Shown one piece after another: positions 36,385-49,447 of a stretch of 64,000 nt of DNA. The notes under the pieces are model-generated. The model saw only the letters and a program-made list of their open reading frames with translations, was not told the DNA's origin and ran no database searches. The translations under genes were made by a program, and so were the position numbers. Position 1 is the stretch's first letter; every line of letters starts with the position of its first letter. This DNA comes from Catajapyx aquilonaris (lineage: Eukaryota): positions 1-64,000 of the forward strand of contig KZ538814.1 in NCBI GenBank assembly GCA_000934665.2. Direction: 5' to 3'.

Positions 36385-38997
36385 TATAGATGTGACAATA
36401 TGGCAATAGGCTATAGTGTATCAATGAATGAGAAAATACTACATGCCAAAAGCAATTCGCATAGTTGTTTTTTTGTTGAGGGTGGAGGGTTGGACAATAA
36501 TCCCTGTCAATACCAGTATATCCTGAGGCCTAGAAATTTGAAATTTCTACTTACTTTCAGAATGACCAAGGAAGCACTTAATGTATCAAGTATGACAGCC
36601 TCCCATACCACGGAGGTTATAAAATTTCCGGCGTTAGGAACCGGCTTTGCAAGCTATAGTCTAAAATATTTTCCAGGACTGCTGTAGTGCTATTCTCGTT
36701 TCAACACCTTTTCCAGCACACTCTTGTACCGCGAATTACAATAGGAATATAAGTACTGTATTAAGTTCGTAACAACTGTTTTAATATTGAATCTTATTTA
36801 GGCGTAGCACATGCCTGCTGTAGACAGGAGAAATAACTCCTGTATTTCAGGTACAGGCCTAACAAATTGAGCAGTCATTGACTGGTGCGTCACAACTATC
36901 CCTGGAAAATCTTTCGAATTTCCGGGGTTTGATGGGTGGCTTAACCTAATTTGAATGCTCTGATTTCAGATCTGCTTTCAATTTTTTTGTATCACGTGCT
37001 GTTTCTTTCAATGATGTGATAATTTGCTTATATTCTACAATAATTACAGTACATAAAATGAAAATGGTCGAATAACAAATAAAACAATTAAAGTAATCAT
37101 GCAAATTATACCAAAAGTGTTGAGAAAACACAGAAAATTCCACGTACTTAAAGACGATATTTATTATACGTATGTTAGCTTTTCTTTCAATATTACATAA
37201 GTTATAACACATTTCCCTTCATTCTGCACATTCATTTTAATTGCTAGCTTGTTCATATTTTACCCGTACAGGACGCAAAATTGAAGATTTTCATATGTGG
37301 CTATTTGGTGTTATACGTACTGATATTTTTTTCCAGTTGAAGGAATAAAATGACAGGAGAATGTCCAGAGGCCATCGTTCGGAATATACTTGGACACTGT
37401 CTTGTTAGAAAATATTCAAAATATGATAATTATTACGAAATAATACTATAGTATTATCAATACAGTGGCCAACCCTTACCAAAAATTTGACTTTGAGCAA
37501 GTTTGAATTTTACGAGACTTATAGGCGTCCACAAGCGCCGGCGTGAAGGAAAACATGCCTGTGAGGTTTTTATAATGTAGCTATCGCAGTATTTGAAGTT
37601 GCACTTCACAACTGCCAAGGGTCGTTATAAAAGTAACAGCATGTGAGTCTTAACTTTCGAGGATCGAGAAAGCATAATGACTAAACATATACTCTACACA
37701 TTATCTCTTTATAGCACTGCATGAAGCGTGTGCACATGCGTCGATCCAATGCAAATGGACGCTAAATTTTAAGCTGGATACGCACAGCGTCCCCAACAGC
37801 ATAAAACAAGCCCAAAGCGTATAAGAAATGTACATGAGAATCTATGGAGGTAATAGCCCTCGTAAAAAAAGAAAGAGAGTCCGGTGGGAAGGTGCAAAAG
37901 CCAAGTGATTTGGGCGTTCGGTGACGGTTTGAGTGCGGTAGAACCGGATTGGGGTGGGGCCCAGGGCGAAATCCACCTGTCCTGCAGACGGTTTAGAGTG
38001 GACCAGGTGCTGCACACAGGCGATGCGGGCCTAACCTGCCCAATGGCACTTGCTTATCGCGGCCCCGTTCCTTCGCCCATCTCTTATCTACGGGACGATT
38101 CGAAATGCTTCTCTTCCTAATGAATCCTTTTCGTGCATGCATGCTTTCTGGATTTTTATTCCGACCGCTAGGCCTACCTTTTTTTGCGTATGGACACCAT
38201 CGCTGGCTGGCTATCACTGATAGACGCAGCCTAAAATGGAGAGATCCCAGCCCCCCACCCCTTGCAGGACGGGATTGTGCATTAAAATACTAGCGCCAGG
38301 GGCAGTCTATAGTTGAGCCCAGGTCGTGTCTATGGGTATAACGAGGTGCAGGCTATTCATGCAGCTTCCCCATCTGGCGAATAAGGCATGGCCGGCCAGT
38401 GATGACCCCCCCCCTTTCCCCCATCNCATCACTACTATACCACCACCCCTGGTGAGCAGCTGACGATGACTAATGGCGGATATGTTATGCTTACATGAAG
38501 GAGCCCGCGGGGCGGATTGCCAAGATATATTATGCTATCGTCGCCTTTTGCTCGGGGCTTCCATATGCGAGTTGGTCTCCGGCGGCCATTTTCAGCTCAT
38601 GTGGGAGGTTGGGGTTTGGTCTAGGCATCATCATAGGACCAGGTGTAGTTTGGGTAAGAATGATAGGCTTTTGTGTAGAGAATGTTCGTTTCACTGGCGT
38701 GTAAAGGAGGAATGGCCAAAGCTTCAAACTTTCGATGGGCAAACGGGGAACAGAGTATATGCCATGTAAAGAAGTTTACACTGAGTAGGTGGTACCAGAG
38801 GTGTTATATGTGATGCTTTAATTTCTATAAATCCTGAAAATATGCCAGGAATTTTGCCCTATAGATGTGATATGATTACTGTATTCGAGGTAGGTCGATA
38901 TTCTATTGCAGTTTATTATAAGTTAATTTAAACTTTTATAGTATAGTTGTCGAAGTGTGAGTGGGCTGCGATTAAACATTGTCATTTAAGTGACAAT

Positions 38998-39101
38998 TGG
39001 TGGAATTTTCGTCCCATTGCTAGTTACAACTTAGCAGTACCAGTATTGGCACTGGCACTACTAAGTTAGCAGTAAGTAGAAGTGGGACGAAAATTCGACC
39101 C
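38998..39101. mobile_element. Small hairpin MITE (same family as 49375-49447)
   Basis: GGTGGAATTTTCGTCCCA pairs with TGGGACGAAAATTCGACCC. Confidence 0.75.
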
Positions 39102-40813
39102 AATGTCTATAGTGATTAGATGCAAACAAATATTTTTTTTCAAATATAATTATGCACTTGCAACCGCGACGATGACTGTATGCGGTAGGCCTATGTGAGA
39201 TAAGATTAAGTGAATAAATCAAATAATGTGTTCAATATGGCTACCCTTGTATCCAGGCGAAATATTATTTTGCTTTTAAAACATTAAAAATTATTAACAA
39301 ATCTAATCCATAATGTGGCTCTGAATTTTTCAGAGTGAGACAGATGTCCAGTTTATTTTTCTCGATGGTGAACGCATATAGTAGATTAGAATTTAATGGG
39401 TCGGTAAACTGCTTTAGAAAATGTTTTTATCTTTTGACCTCCATCTAGAAGGGCATATAGCTATATACTGCAGCTAGGAAGAATAGGTCCTAGAAGGCCA
39501 CCAACTGGTCTGGGAGATATCTAACTTGATGGGCATCTACTACGACACTATTGGAAATGACTATACATCACTTATCATATATCTCATAGAAAAATATTGA
39601 AGTCCTATTACTCGTCCTTTATAGCTGTACTATAGCACACAGCTTATTTCTCACAGTCCCAGTTGGGCAGCTGCATTACCATGGTGATTGTCAGGTTTCC
39701 TTCCCAGGCCGCTCATCTATAGATGAATCTTCTATCACAATTTGCGTGACTATTATGAAGGCTTAAGTTTCCCCCCCTTCGATAGCGTCTCACACCACTT
39801 GGTGCACTCTTTCAGAAACCAGTCCTAGGCCCGCCTATGAGTAGGTTTAGAACCAGATCCAGCCTGAGTTAAAAATGCATTAGACGCGAATAAGGAGGTG
39901 GTTGATGCGCCGGCCGTTTTACCGATCAGGTTTTTGCAAGGCGTCGAGCTATTTTCTTCAGAAAATACCAGAAAAATGCAAATGAGGCGTGTAGTCAACG
40001 ACGAAGGAATGAATCCGGTTCTATTCCTCCCGGCTCTCATTCAACGGCTATCTTAAGTCTATATATGGGAGATAGACCAGCTCGAACCGGGTCTTGTGCT
40101 AGGCCTCGTTTGAAAATGTACAATAGCAGAGGGGTCTATAACCCATAGTCGAGGACATATGCACTTCTATACCATTGGACGGCAGAAATTTACAACCGCG
40201 TACGAGGTTGTAAGCACCCCAATGGGAGTTAGCAATCCGTCTAACGTATATCCTTAAATGATGCTGGATGGGCCGATGGGGGAGGAGAAGGAGGAGTAGT
40301 AGTAGGAGGAGAAAACCAGTCCGTTGGTAATAGCCTCGGTTGCTATGTAGTAAGGCGACCGTTGGAATAGCCGTTTGCTTATTTGAATGCTCAAGATTCG
40401 CTTCGGAGTGCTGGAGTCTATAGGGATTTGTAGCCTACTCCTTGATAGTCTAGCAGCTGAACAATCACTCACTAGACGTGTGTCATGGGGTTGCTATGGG
40501 TTTTCTATTTCCTTCCCTCGTACAGCAGCCTGTAGTGAACAGCTCAAAGAACACGAAAACCGGTACGAGAAGATTGTCGGTTATTACCGAGGTCACACGG
40601 AAATAATAAGAATCTGATGAAGATATTAATTTGCCTGTCAGAGTTGAAGAGAAGGTTAGCATAGTTAATTGTGGATGGAAAAAAGGGTGGTGCAATGTGT
40701 GCCATCAAAAATGTATTAGTCAAACTCTGAATAGGACGACGATACTGACCAACAATGTGGGGTCGGGCGGTGCAGAGCGATACAGGGAGCGGAACTCATC
40801 ATCGTACAGCCAC

Positions 40814-40817
<4 letters not shown>

Positions 40818-40861
<44 letters not shown>

Positions 40862-40896
40862 NCTCTCTCTCTCTCTCTCCCTCTCTCTCTCTCTCT
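40818..40896. repeat. (CT)n microsatellite
   Basis: Direct reading; contains one N. Confidence 0.95.
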
Positions 40897-43329
40897 ACAT
40901 TTTGTAGCCCTAATCAAGATAATGACATTCGACGCATGTAGACCAGGAATGCCAACAGAAATTATGAGATTATTATTACTGAATGGGAAAATCCGGAGAG
41001 TAGCAGTGGAGCAAACTGGAACACTCAAAATGCGGCAGAGATTATTTAGATGCAGGCGTTATTGCTGGGACTTATAACTTACGTTGATGTTGTTTCTCTC
41101 GTGCCAAATTATGCTTTTGATAAACCTCATTATAATTTGCATGGAGCAGAAAGCATGAGGTCACAGCTCAATATTTTGTTTCAGAGGGGGAAATAAGGCT
41201 CGTATAGTATATACACTCCGATGCAAGTACTTCAGACAGTTTTTGTCATATAAATATAAATTTATATGCCAGATCTTGTGATTTATTTTGCTTAACTTAC
41301 TGAAGAGTATAATTTAGGTTAGGTTCTAATAATTAACATAACAGCAGCAATGGCATTGAATAAATACTTACATCATCATCCATTGATGCATATTTCATTG
41401 AACTGCAAAGTCAAATATTTGTTGGAATTCCACTGGCTGACTCGGTGATATTAATGTTTCTACTGTTCATAATGCAATGTGTTCCAAATGAGTTGCCCGT
41501 TTCAGTTAGTGATTTTTTTCACTACATGCTTCTTATTTTTAAGCAGTTACTTTATAAAAGTTTCATTCAGGCTTAATCGCATAATTTGATTACGTAGACT
41601 AAAATACATCTTTTTAAAGCACTGTGGGAGAATTTAATCTGCAGTGAATGGACAATGGAGTCAACCATTGACATGAAGTGCCTATGAACAAAATGAGTCA
41701 ATCAGTGTCCTAGGTTGGGAAATTCATTGCATTTCAGGGCTTCTTCTCAGACTAATATTAGAAGCTAATCAGTGTTTTTGATTTTCTTTTGATAGTATAC
41801 TGGTTGATAATAAGACGCTAAATGCGAAAAAGGTAACTGTAACGGATGATCCAATTATTAGAATACGCTGTAAATGTTTAAAATTGGAACATTTCTATCT
41901 TTTTTAGCAAAATACGTGGTGCTTTTTATTTGCTGGGCCTTTATACCATAAACAACAATGCAGACTTTGTGCTATCATGGTGTAGTCCTAATGTGTTCTT
42001 TGTTTGAATAGAAACGTCAGGTATTTTAACTTCTCGGGTGTGCTTTATTCTATACAAACCTAACTCTAATACGTATTTTCTAACAGAAGGGATAAAATCA
42101 CAATTAAAATATTCGTAACTTTATTTGAAGAATGATCAGAATCAGGTGGTAACGATTTTGAGTTAATAACGTTTTCAGTACTTGGGGATTGTATTATCCC
42201 TTATGGAATAATATTTTTATTCCAAAAAGCTTTTATTTTGGAGTGCAGTGATCATCAGAAGGTGCGCCCTGAGGGCTGTATCAAGCAATGTTGACTAAAA
42301 TTTGATTGGTATACGTATTTAGGTTTTCACTTTGATTTTCGAAAAGACATGCATCAGGTGAGGTCACAGTGTAATGGATGTGATACATACTGGATAATAC
42401 GAGTAGGCTAATCGTAACAAGAATCTTTGAGCCCGTGACCTGAGTAAGTGTACTGTACGAATGTAAGCTTATAGAAGGTGGTGCAAAAAGGTTTGCACTT
42501 CATATTATACTTAAATGTCTTGCAATATTCCAATAGTATTTATTATTTTCCTAGTTGATTTTGGTAAGTTAGACTTCATTAATGAGGTAGATATCTGTAG
42601 CAACAACGCAATATTTTTACAGCATTGAATAGTACCGGTGTGACCTGCCTGTGACCTGAGCTGAAGGGAGGGAAGGGATTGAAAGAGTGAATGGGGCAGG
42701 AGGAAGGCCAACCCAAATACACCTCCCTCTCCCCTAGGGCTCAGGTGGTCCTGGGCCAACAATAGGACTGAAGTGCTATATTGTCAAGGTACAGATTTGT
42801 TGTACCACCAGTGGCTACACGAAAAGCTATGTTTTATTTAGGCTACAATGAGAGCCAATTAATCCTCCTAATTGATATGTATAGACCTGACACGAGCATC
42901 CTATAGATGAAGATCCTCTCATTTGAAAATTGAAGCTGGCACCTGTGCTGGTTGAATAATTTACCCATACATCATCAAATTATGATGTTTTATGTTATAC
43001 ATTTTTCTTCTTATTGGCCGACTTGCATCAGGGTATAGTATTACTGGAAAAAAGAAAAACTCGGGTCCCCGCAAGCATCGCCAAACGGGCTAATGCTTCC
43101 ACCCGCACCCGCACTGGCACTGCTTGCGGGAGTACAAGCTATTTTTTCCCGCAGTAGTGTAGGCTACTAGCTGGGGTTCCCAATGTTAAGTTAGCTATAA
43201 AGGCCTTCGAACTGTAAAAGTTACGAACTGTATCAGATTTCAGAATTATATTTCATTTTCGTACTACACATCCCTGGTTAGCAACCAAGTGGAATGATGA
43301 AAAATTACGTTGTACACCGTTATTCGCTA

Positions 43330-43639
43330 CTAGATGCGGCACCCGGCGTTGCCCGGGAAGAAATGAATGAAGGGAAAACACCTGCCAGTAACCCAGTCAA
43401 CTGTCTGTCTTTCTGTCTGTCCGCCCACCAATGCCATCTGTGGTCCTCCTACTCCAACACCTTCAACCTCTCCCGCCTGTATAACATAACGCCAACCGTG
43501 ATTTGCCTGCCATCTGTCGTGAACCCCCAACACCTCCATCCTCTCCGTCCCTGGGGGTGGAGCACAGATGGCAGGCAAATGACGGTTGGCAGGCGGACAG
43601 ACAGACAGACAGACTCACAAACGGCTTTATTTATATAGA
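43330..43639 (-). mobile_element. Complete non-autonomous Helitron (310 bp)
   Basis: Minus strand: A|TCTATATAAATAAAG 5' end, (CTGT)n, a 3' hairpin CCCGGGCAACGCCGGG, then CTAG|T. It is inserted between A and T with no TSD. Confidence 0.85.
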
Positions 43640-43728
43640 TGTGCCCTCTAGGTGATTATGCAGTATTTAGTAATATTTTGAATTATTGGTCAGGTTAATA
43701 TAGATACGTACGACCTGCTTCATCAATT

Positions 43729-44122
43729 CAAGTAGGCCTCGTTTTGCGTAAGGGTTAGGTTCCAGCAAAACAGGATCGTAATTAATATGAAAAGTCGAAA
43801 TACGAGGCCTATACTACTTGTACCTGTTTAAATATACCCTGCCACAATGCATTACAAAAAACAAATGAAGCACCCATTATGGAAACACACCAACTCCAAC
43901 TGTCTGGGCATGGAGTTGGGGTGTTTCCATAATGGGTGCTTCAAATGAAGCGCCTATAAAGTGTGCTGGACTCTGAGGTGGTGCAGCGTGCAGGGATGTG
44001 TAAATGTTTCGATTTTCTGTCATTTTCAAAGAATGTTCCAAATTTGTCATTTTGCAAGGTAATTTTTAAAAGGTTCATGTGAAACGTCGTAAAATGGAGC
44101 GTCGTAAAACGGGGCATTTTTG
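43729..44122. mobile_element. Decayed Tigger/pogo-like MITE
   Basis: CAAGTAGGCCTCGTTTTGCG ... CGTAAAACGGGGCATTTTTG-TA, with repeated GTCGTAAAA. Confidence 0.45.
43867..43942. mobile_element. 76-bp hairpin mini-MITE with an AAAT TSD (Sola-like)
   Basis: GAAGCACCCATTATGGAAACAC..CAACTCCA pairs with TGGAGTTG..GTGTTTCCATAATGGGTGCTTC; AAAT at 43863-43866 and 43943-43946. Confidence 0.75.
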
Positions 44123-47100
44123 TATAAACAAGAGTTCAGTATACCATATACGCAATACTATATAGTATATATACTATCTTGTAGATGCAATCCATGCATC
44201 CAGAGTCTGGCCAGAGCGTCTCCGTGGACGTCTAAAGCGATGACATGACAGCATTCCGGCAGAAGATATGACGTCATTACTGATTCCTTGGTGTGAAATA
44301 TCACTGCGCATATTGATGCGAACACGGTAGGATGTAGGAGAAGGAATGTAATAAAATTCTATTGCGTCAGCTTCTGTCAAGATTAGGTTGCGCCACCACA
44401 TCGTGACTTACACTGCAGTTTAACACAGTTAGTTGAAACGAACGAGTTTTTAACCAGTGACATTGAATTTAAAAACTGCGATTAAATACTGTACCATAGC
44501 ATTAATACTTTGCTATCGCTGGAAATTAATGAGTTATGTAGGCCTAATAAAGTTTTATTCAACATTGCTGATAAATACAACCAAAAATTAATTACTGGAC
44601 CTGTGTCAGCATTACAAACATCATAAATATTTATTACAATCTGATAAAGTGATATATGCTACTGATTTCAAATGGTTTAGAGTTCAGGGTTGCAATATGA
44701 CATTTTAATCCCTTTAGGCAATTGTTGCCATATTTGTTGTAAGCATTATTTTGTTCCTTCTATTCAATTCTATTCGTAATTACTTGCAGAATTCTATATG
44801 CAGCAGGTGTGTATTCAAAATAAATTATTATTCGTGAGAGGATTGCAACTTTTTTCACTCGGTAGCACTTGACTCAATCCCAATATAAAAACATAATGAT
44901 GATGATCATTAGACTTTTGGCTACAAGACGTTATAATAATGATCGTGATTGCTGACCTATGCCACAAAGTTGTAGACGTAATTATGAATAAGTTAATGTG
45001 GACATGGAGTGTCTGTCAGAGCAGCCAAATACCATTGAATTCTTTGTACCAAGGAGAACTGTCCGGTTGATGAAAGTCACTGCCGATTCTGAGATTTGTG
45101 TCAACAACAGCAAAAAAAAATTGTTAGTCGACATCACAGGTGAACAGCACAATTATTTAGGTGTCAAACATTCATACAAGTCAGGATATTACTGACCTTT
45201 CTGTTGCCGTCACTGCTCACTGGTCCCAACACTCCGAGAGGCAGCAGACGATGAACAATCCGTTTCTTGTATAATAGTGATACAGGTGATTATTTTGGAA
45301 TTTCACATGAAAATGTTTAGCGTCCTCTCTCTGCTGCACACAACTTGAGCACACTGAGTCAAGTTTGCTCACAAAAAATATTTCACTGTCAGCTTCTTTA
45401 TACTCTTACATTATATTTCTATTTGACAGTCTAACTCGATCAGGATTAATGTTATTTTCCGTCAAGTAGAAACATTAGACAACCCCCGATTATGAGTGTA
45501 TTTGATATCTCTTTGACTTAAAATAAGCGTTGCGCCTGGTTGCGTCTGATCATGAAAGATTTTGGAAAGCAAGAATTTGACTGAGATTTGTAGTGTAATG
45601 TATTCGACCTGGTGCAGCCCGCCGTAAAGTAGGCATATCTGCTTGGTAAGAACTTTGAAAGTGACGACAACCCAATAACTAAAGGGCGCTAATTGCTTTC
45701 GGAGAGAGGCACGTCTTCCACACTATAGGGACATTAGCACGTTTCTAAACCCTTGGATGTTAAGCACCGATTATGGCGAATATAATAGTGATGAATAAAA
45801 CTGTTCATGCTTTCAAGCTAAGTTGCGCTTTTTTTGGTTCAGTACTCTATCAAGTGTAGTCCCAGAGAGACAAAAAAAAACAAATCCGTTACAAACATAA
45901 TCCAACTTTGTATTTAAAGGTCATGACTATAGCTTTGTATTTTTAAACTCTTCTTCAGTATGAGTCCATGCTGTAGTGTATTGTAAAATGTTGCGAATAG
46001 TGAACAAAGGTGCTCCGGTTATATTTTGCTAACCATCCAGAGATAAGAATAACATATATTTTTAAATCTCAGCAATGAATGAGCATCGTAAAATGTGTTT
46101 CTGTATATGTTTCTGAAGAGCACGCCAACTAGTCCGGGACGTTATTTTCCAGAAGGTGTAACTGTAACATGTAGTCACTGTGAGGGTGCTCCCAATACTC
46201 GATACAACTTTATTTTAAAAATATCACCATCCGCTAACACATAATGAGATGTAGTAGATCACTAACTTGTAAATATTTCATGTTGTCTTATGGCCAGTCG
46301 CATTATCGATAGTAGGCCTAATTGAGAACAAAAAAAAATGCAGAAATGTGAATAACATGGATCAACCACTTGTTCTGAGGTTATGCATTGAAGTGTTGAT
46401 TTTAGCAATACACATGGTAGTACCGTATATTGATTACAATAAGTTGCCAACTTCTACATATGGGGCGAGTTAAAGTAGATTTATCTCTTGCTGCCGCGCA
46501 TGCGCGTTGCAACTGGCAGATCTTGATGTGCTTAAGGGGAGAAACGTGCAATGTATAACTGTACCTTGAATAATCTTGCTATAATAATACAACAAACAGA
46601 CAGCAAATATTTTTCCGGAATTCTGAAGATGCAGTGTTTGTAACGATTCTGACCGTACTATCGATACGTGCATTTAGGCTGTTTAGTATAGGCTACTAAC
46701 TAGAAGGATCTCTTATGTTTGCGAGACAAGGATAGTTAGATAACATCACTTCATATTTGAGATGAACAGAAGAGAGTATTATACGTATGCAGTGATAGGT
46801 TATACTGCTTATTGCTCCCAGAGGCCATTACATGAACTAATCCTGCGGCAAAGACGTGTTCACTTCGATAATGACCTGGGGAATATATTCGTCTTTCCTT
46901 TCTCTCTGAGGCATTTAAGTGATTATTATTTGCTCTATACAGAACTAATGTAGGCAAGAGCAGACATATAGGCTTGAGTTTGTGACGCCTGGAGGTGGGA
47001 CCATTGTTACATGGATTCCGTGCTGCATAGAATCGTGTGCGTGGAACTTCCGAATTTCTGGAAGGCCTCTTCCATGCCAGGCTGTGTAGTAGGCCTATAC

Positions 47101-48487
47101 CGTGTGTTTCGGAAGTCAGCATACAGACAAAGAAGATGCAACTTGAGTAAGGAAAGTCTGCTTCACTAACATACAAAACATTTTGTTTTTTAAATGTTTA
47201 AACTGAAAGCTTATATGACTATTCTAGTGATTTCTTTTCAAATGTGGAGTCCATAATTCAATTTTTAATAAGTGAAGAAGCTATTTTATGCCATCGTGGC
47301 TGATGTTGCCACTATCAAATTAATATTTACAATATCAGAGTGACAGCTCCCACCCTAAATGACTGAAAAAATTATAGGGTGATTTCCTATTAATTGCTTT
47401 ATTCGATTTCCTTTAAAATGTGAATTATTACCAATTGCTTGATGAAGCCGTGAAGTGATTGTGTTTATAATAGCCATTTGTTTTTTTGTAACGTTCCACA
47501 TTACGTTGGTTATGCATAATGGTCAACTGAGGCAGTACATGGCTGCTTTCCCCCCACTAGCCTTCTATTAGCGTGTTTGCTATTAGTGGAATCCTCCAGT
47601 CACATTCTTGATTGTAGAAGCCCTATAGTAGCTGTAACATGATGATAAGACGCTAATCATGGACGAGAACGTGTTTCATAATTATTGTATTGTATATTCT
47701 ACACTATAGGTTCTATTATGCTTTCATATGAAAAATGATTATGCGTAACCACGAGTAAATGTAATCCCAGAGGTGTACTCTTCAACGGGAAGTGGCCAAC
47801 ACCTCCGTTTGTTCTAAAGGGAATTTGCCTATGAATACCATATGAATGCAAAACGATCAGTATCATACGGCAGTGATGTCGAGATGAATTGAGGTTTGAA
47901 TCCTGCATTATTCCTTATGGAATTTTAAAGTTCTTCTCGGGGATGCTTACATCTAGTCTTGACCATCAGATTAGATCACACAATACCTAAATCCATTTTG
48001 ACCAAAATGTGAGAGTGACCACTAATTTGCTTGCATTTGAAGTCTTCATTTGAATATGATCACCACCATAGATAAGTTTCAATATAATGTCGTGGATGCA
48101 TTCTGAAAACTTGGAGGTGCAAGAGGGCTGGTCCAATAATTATTAAGGTACTACATACTCTTCAGATTTCCAGTAAGTGGAAAGTAGGCCCTATATTATA
48201 GTTACTTTCAGCAGTTGAAAATAACGTGATTGGAAAATAAATAGAGCGGTTAAATGAATGAAGACATCCTTCCTTTTGTATGAAAATAGGTATAATCAGT
48301 CTACACTGCTAACAGTGATATTCATCAGGGTCACATATTAATTTATGATTCGAGTTTTAACTATGACGTAAGCTATAACTATGCTATGTAAATGGCGTAT
48401 CGTTCGCACGTCATTCCCAACTTTTGCCATTTTAATTACTGACACATAAATGAATTGGTGATGCCTAACGTTGTAGGGTCTGCCAAA

Positions 48488-48628
48488 AATGTTTCGACCC
48501 AACGTATCCTGCGGTTATACAACCATCAGTACTTTACCAAAGGGAACGTTTTATTTTTTCTGACTTTCACCTTTTCGTAAGTGCTGACGGCGACGTGGAG
48601 TCAGGATACCATTTTCCGAAACGTAGTC
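48488..48628. repeat. Decayed inverted repeat with hammerhead-like CTGAYG...CGAAAC motifs (Penelope-like)
   Basis: Left arm reverse complement CCTTTGGTAAAGTACTGATGG..CAGGATAC..CGAAACATT aligns with right arm CCTTTTCGTAAGTGCTGACGG..CAGGATAC..CGAAACGTA. Confidence 0.45.
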
Positions 48629-49374
48629 TATATTATTCGTACAGGGATTGGCCCATAGACGATACTGAGTAGAAAAAAGCAGGTAATATTTTAAAATAGA
48701 TGCAGTTCACAAAATAATTATTCTTGCGTCGAATATTTTTAAAATGATGGCCGCTTGACAATAAAGTATTATGCAGTGTTCCTATTGAAATGTTGGTTTT
48801 AGTTTTAGTGAGTAATATTTTGGTACTAAGCTGCTCATTATTAATGTCACTTTTGAATAGATCATTTTCATGATTATTAAAGCATTAACTATACTTATAC
48901 TTATTCTTATTAGGTTGCATAGTCCCATCCTTTTTAACGGCTGAAATGGGGTCTGACCTGAAAAATGGGTTCTGTCATGGACCTGAGATGCCAATTCGGA
49001 AATTCATTGCAATTCACAACTTGTGCAGGTGATTCTATTGGCAGCTAATACTTTTGATGGCTACTAAAAGTAACTACTCCAAAGTAACTGCTTCGAAATA
49101 AGTCAGCAAATAATACACCTTGTAAGTTACCGTATATTTAAAACTGACGTAGTGCACGAAGAAAAATAATATGCAATTTTCCTTGGAATTTTCTCTCTGC
49201 GCAACAATGTACATGGATATGCCGTGGTATTATTATCCATGAAACACGCGCGTGTTTATTATAAAAATAGATAAAATGACGAAATATAACTCATTTTTCG
49301 CAACAAAGAAGTGAAATCCTCATTCTATGATAATAATATATTATTGAAATTGATACATATTAACAAAAAACAAA

Positions 49375-49447
49375 GGGTGGAATTTTCGTCCCACTGATAG
49401 TTACTGCTAACTTAGCAGTAACTATCAGTGAGATGAAAATTCCACCC
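49375..49447. mobile_element. 73-bp hairpin mini-MITE
   Basis: GGGTGGAATTTTCGTCCCACTGATAGTTACTGCTAA-C-TTAGCAGTAACTATCAGTGAGATGAAAATTCCACCC. Confidence 0.85.
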
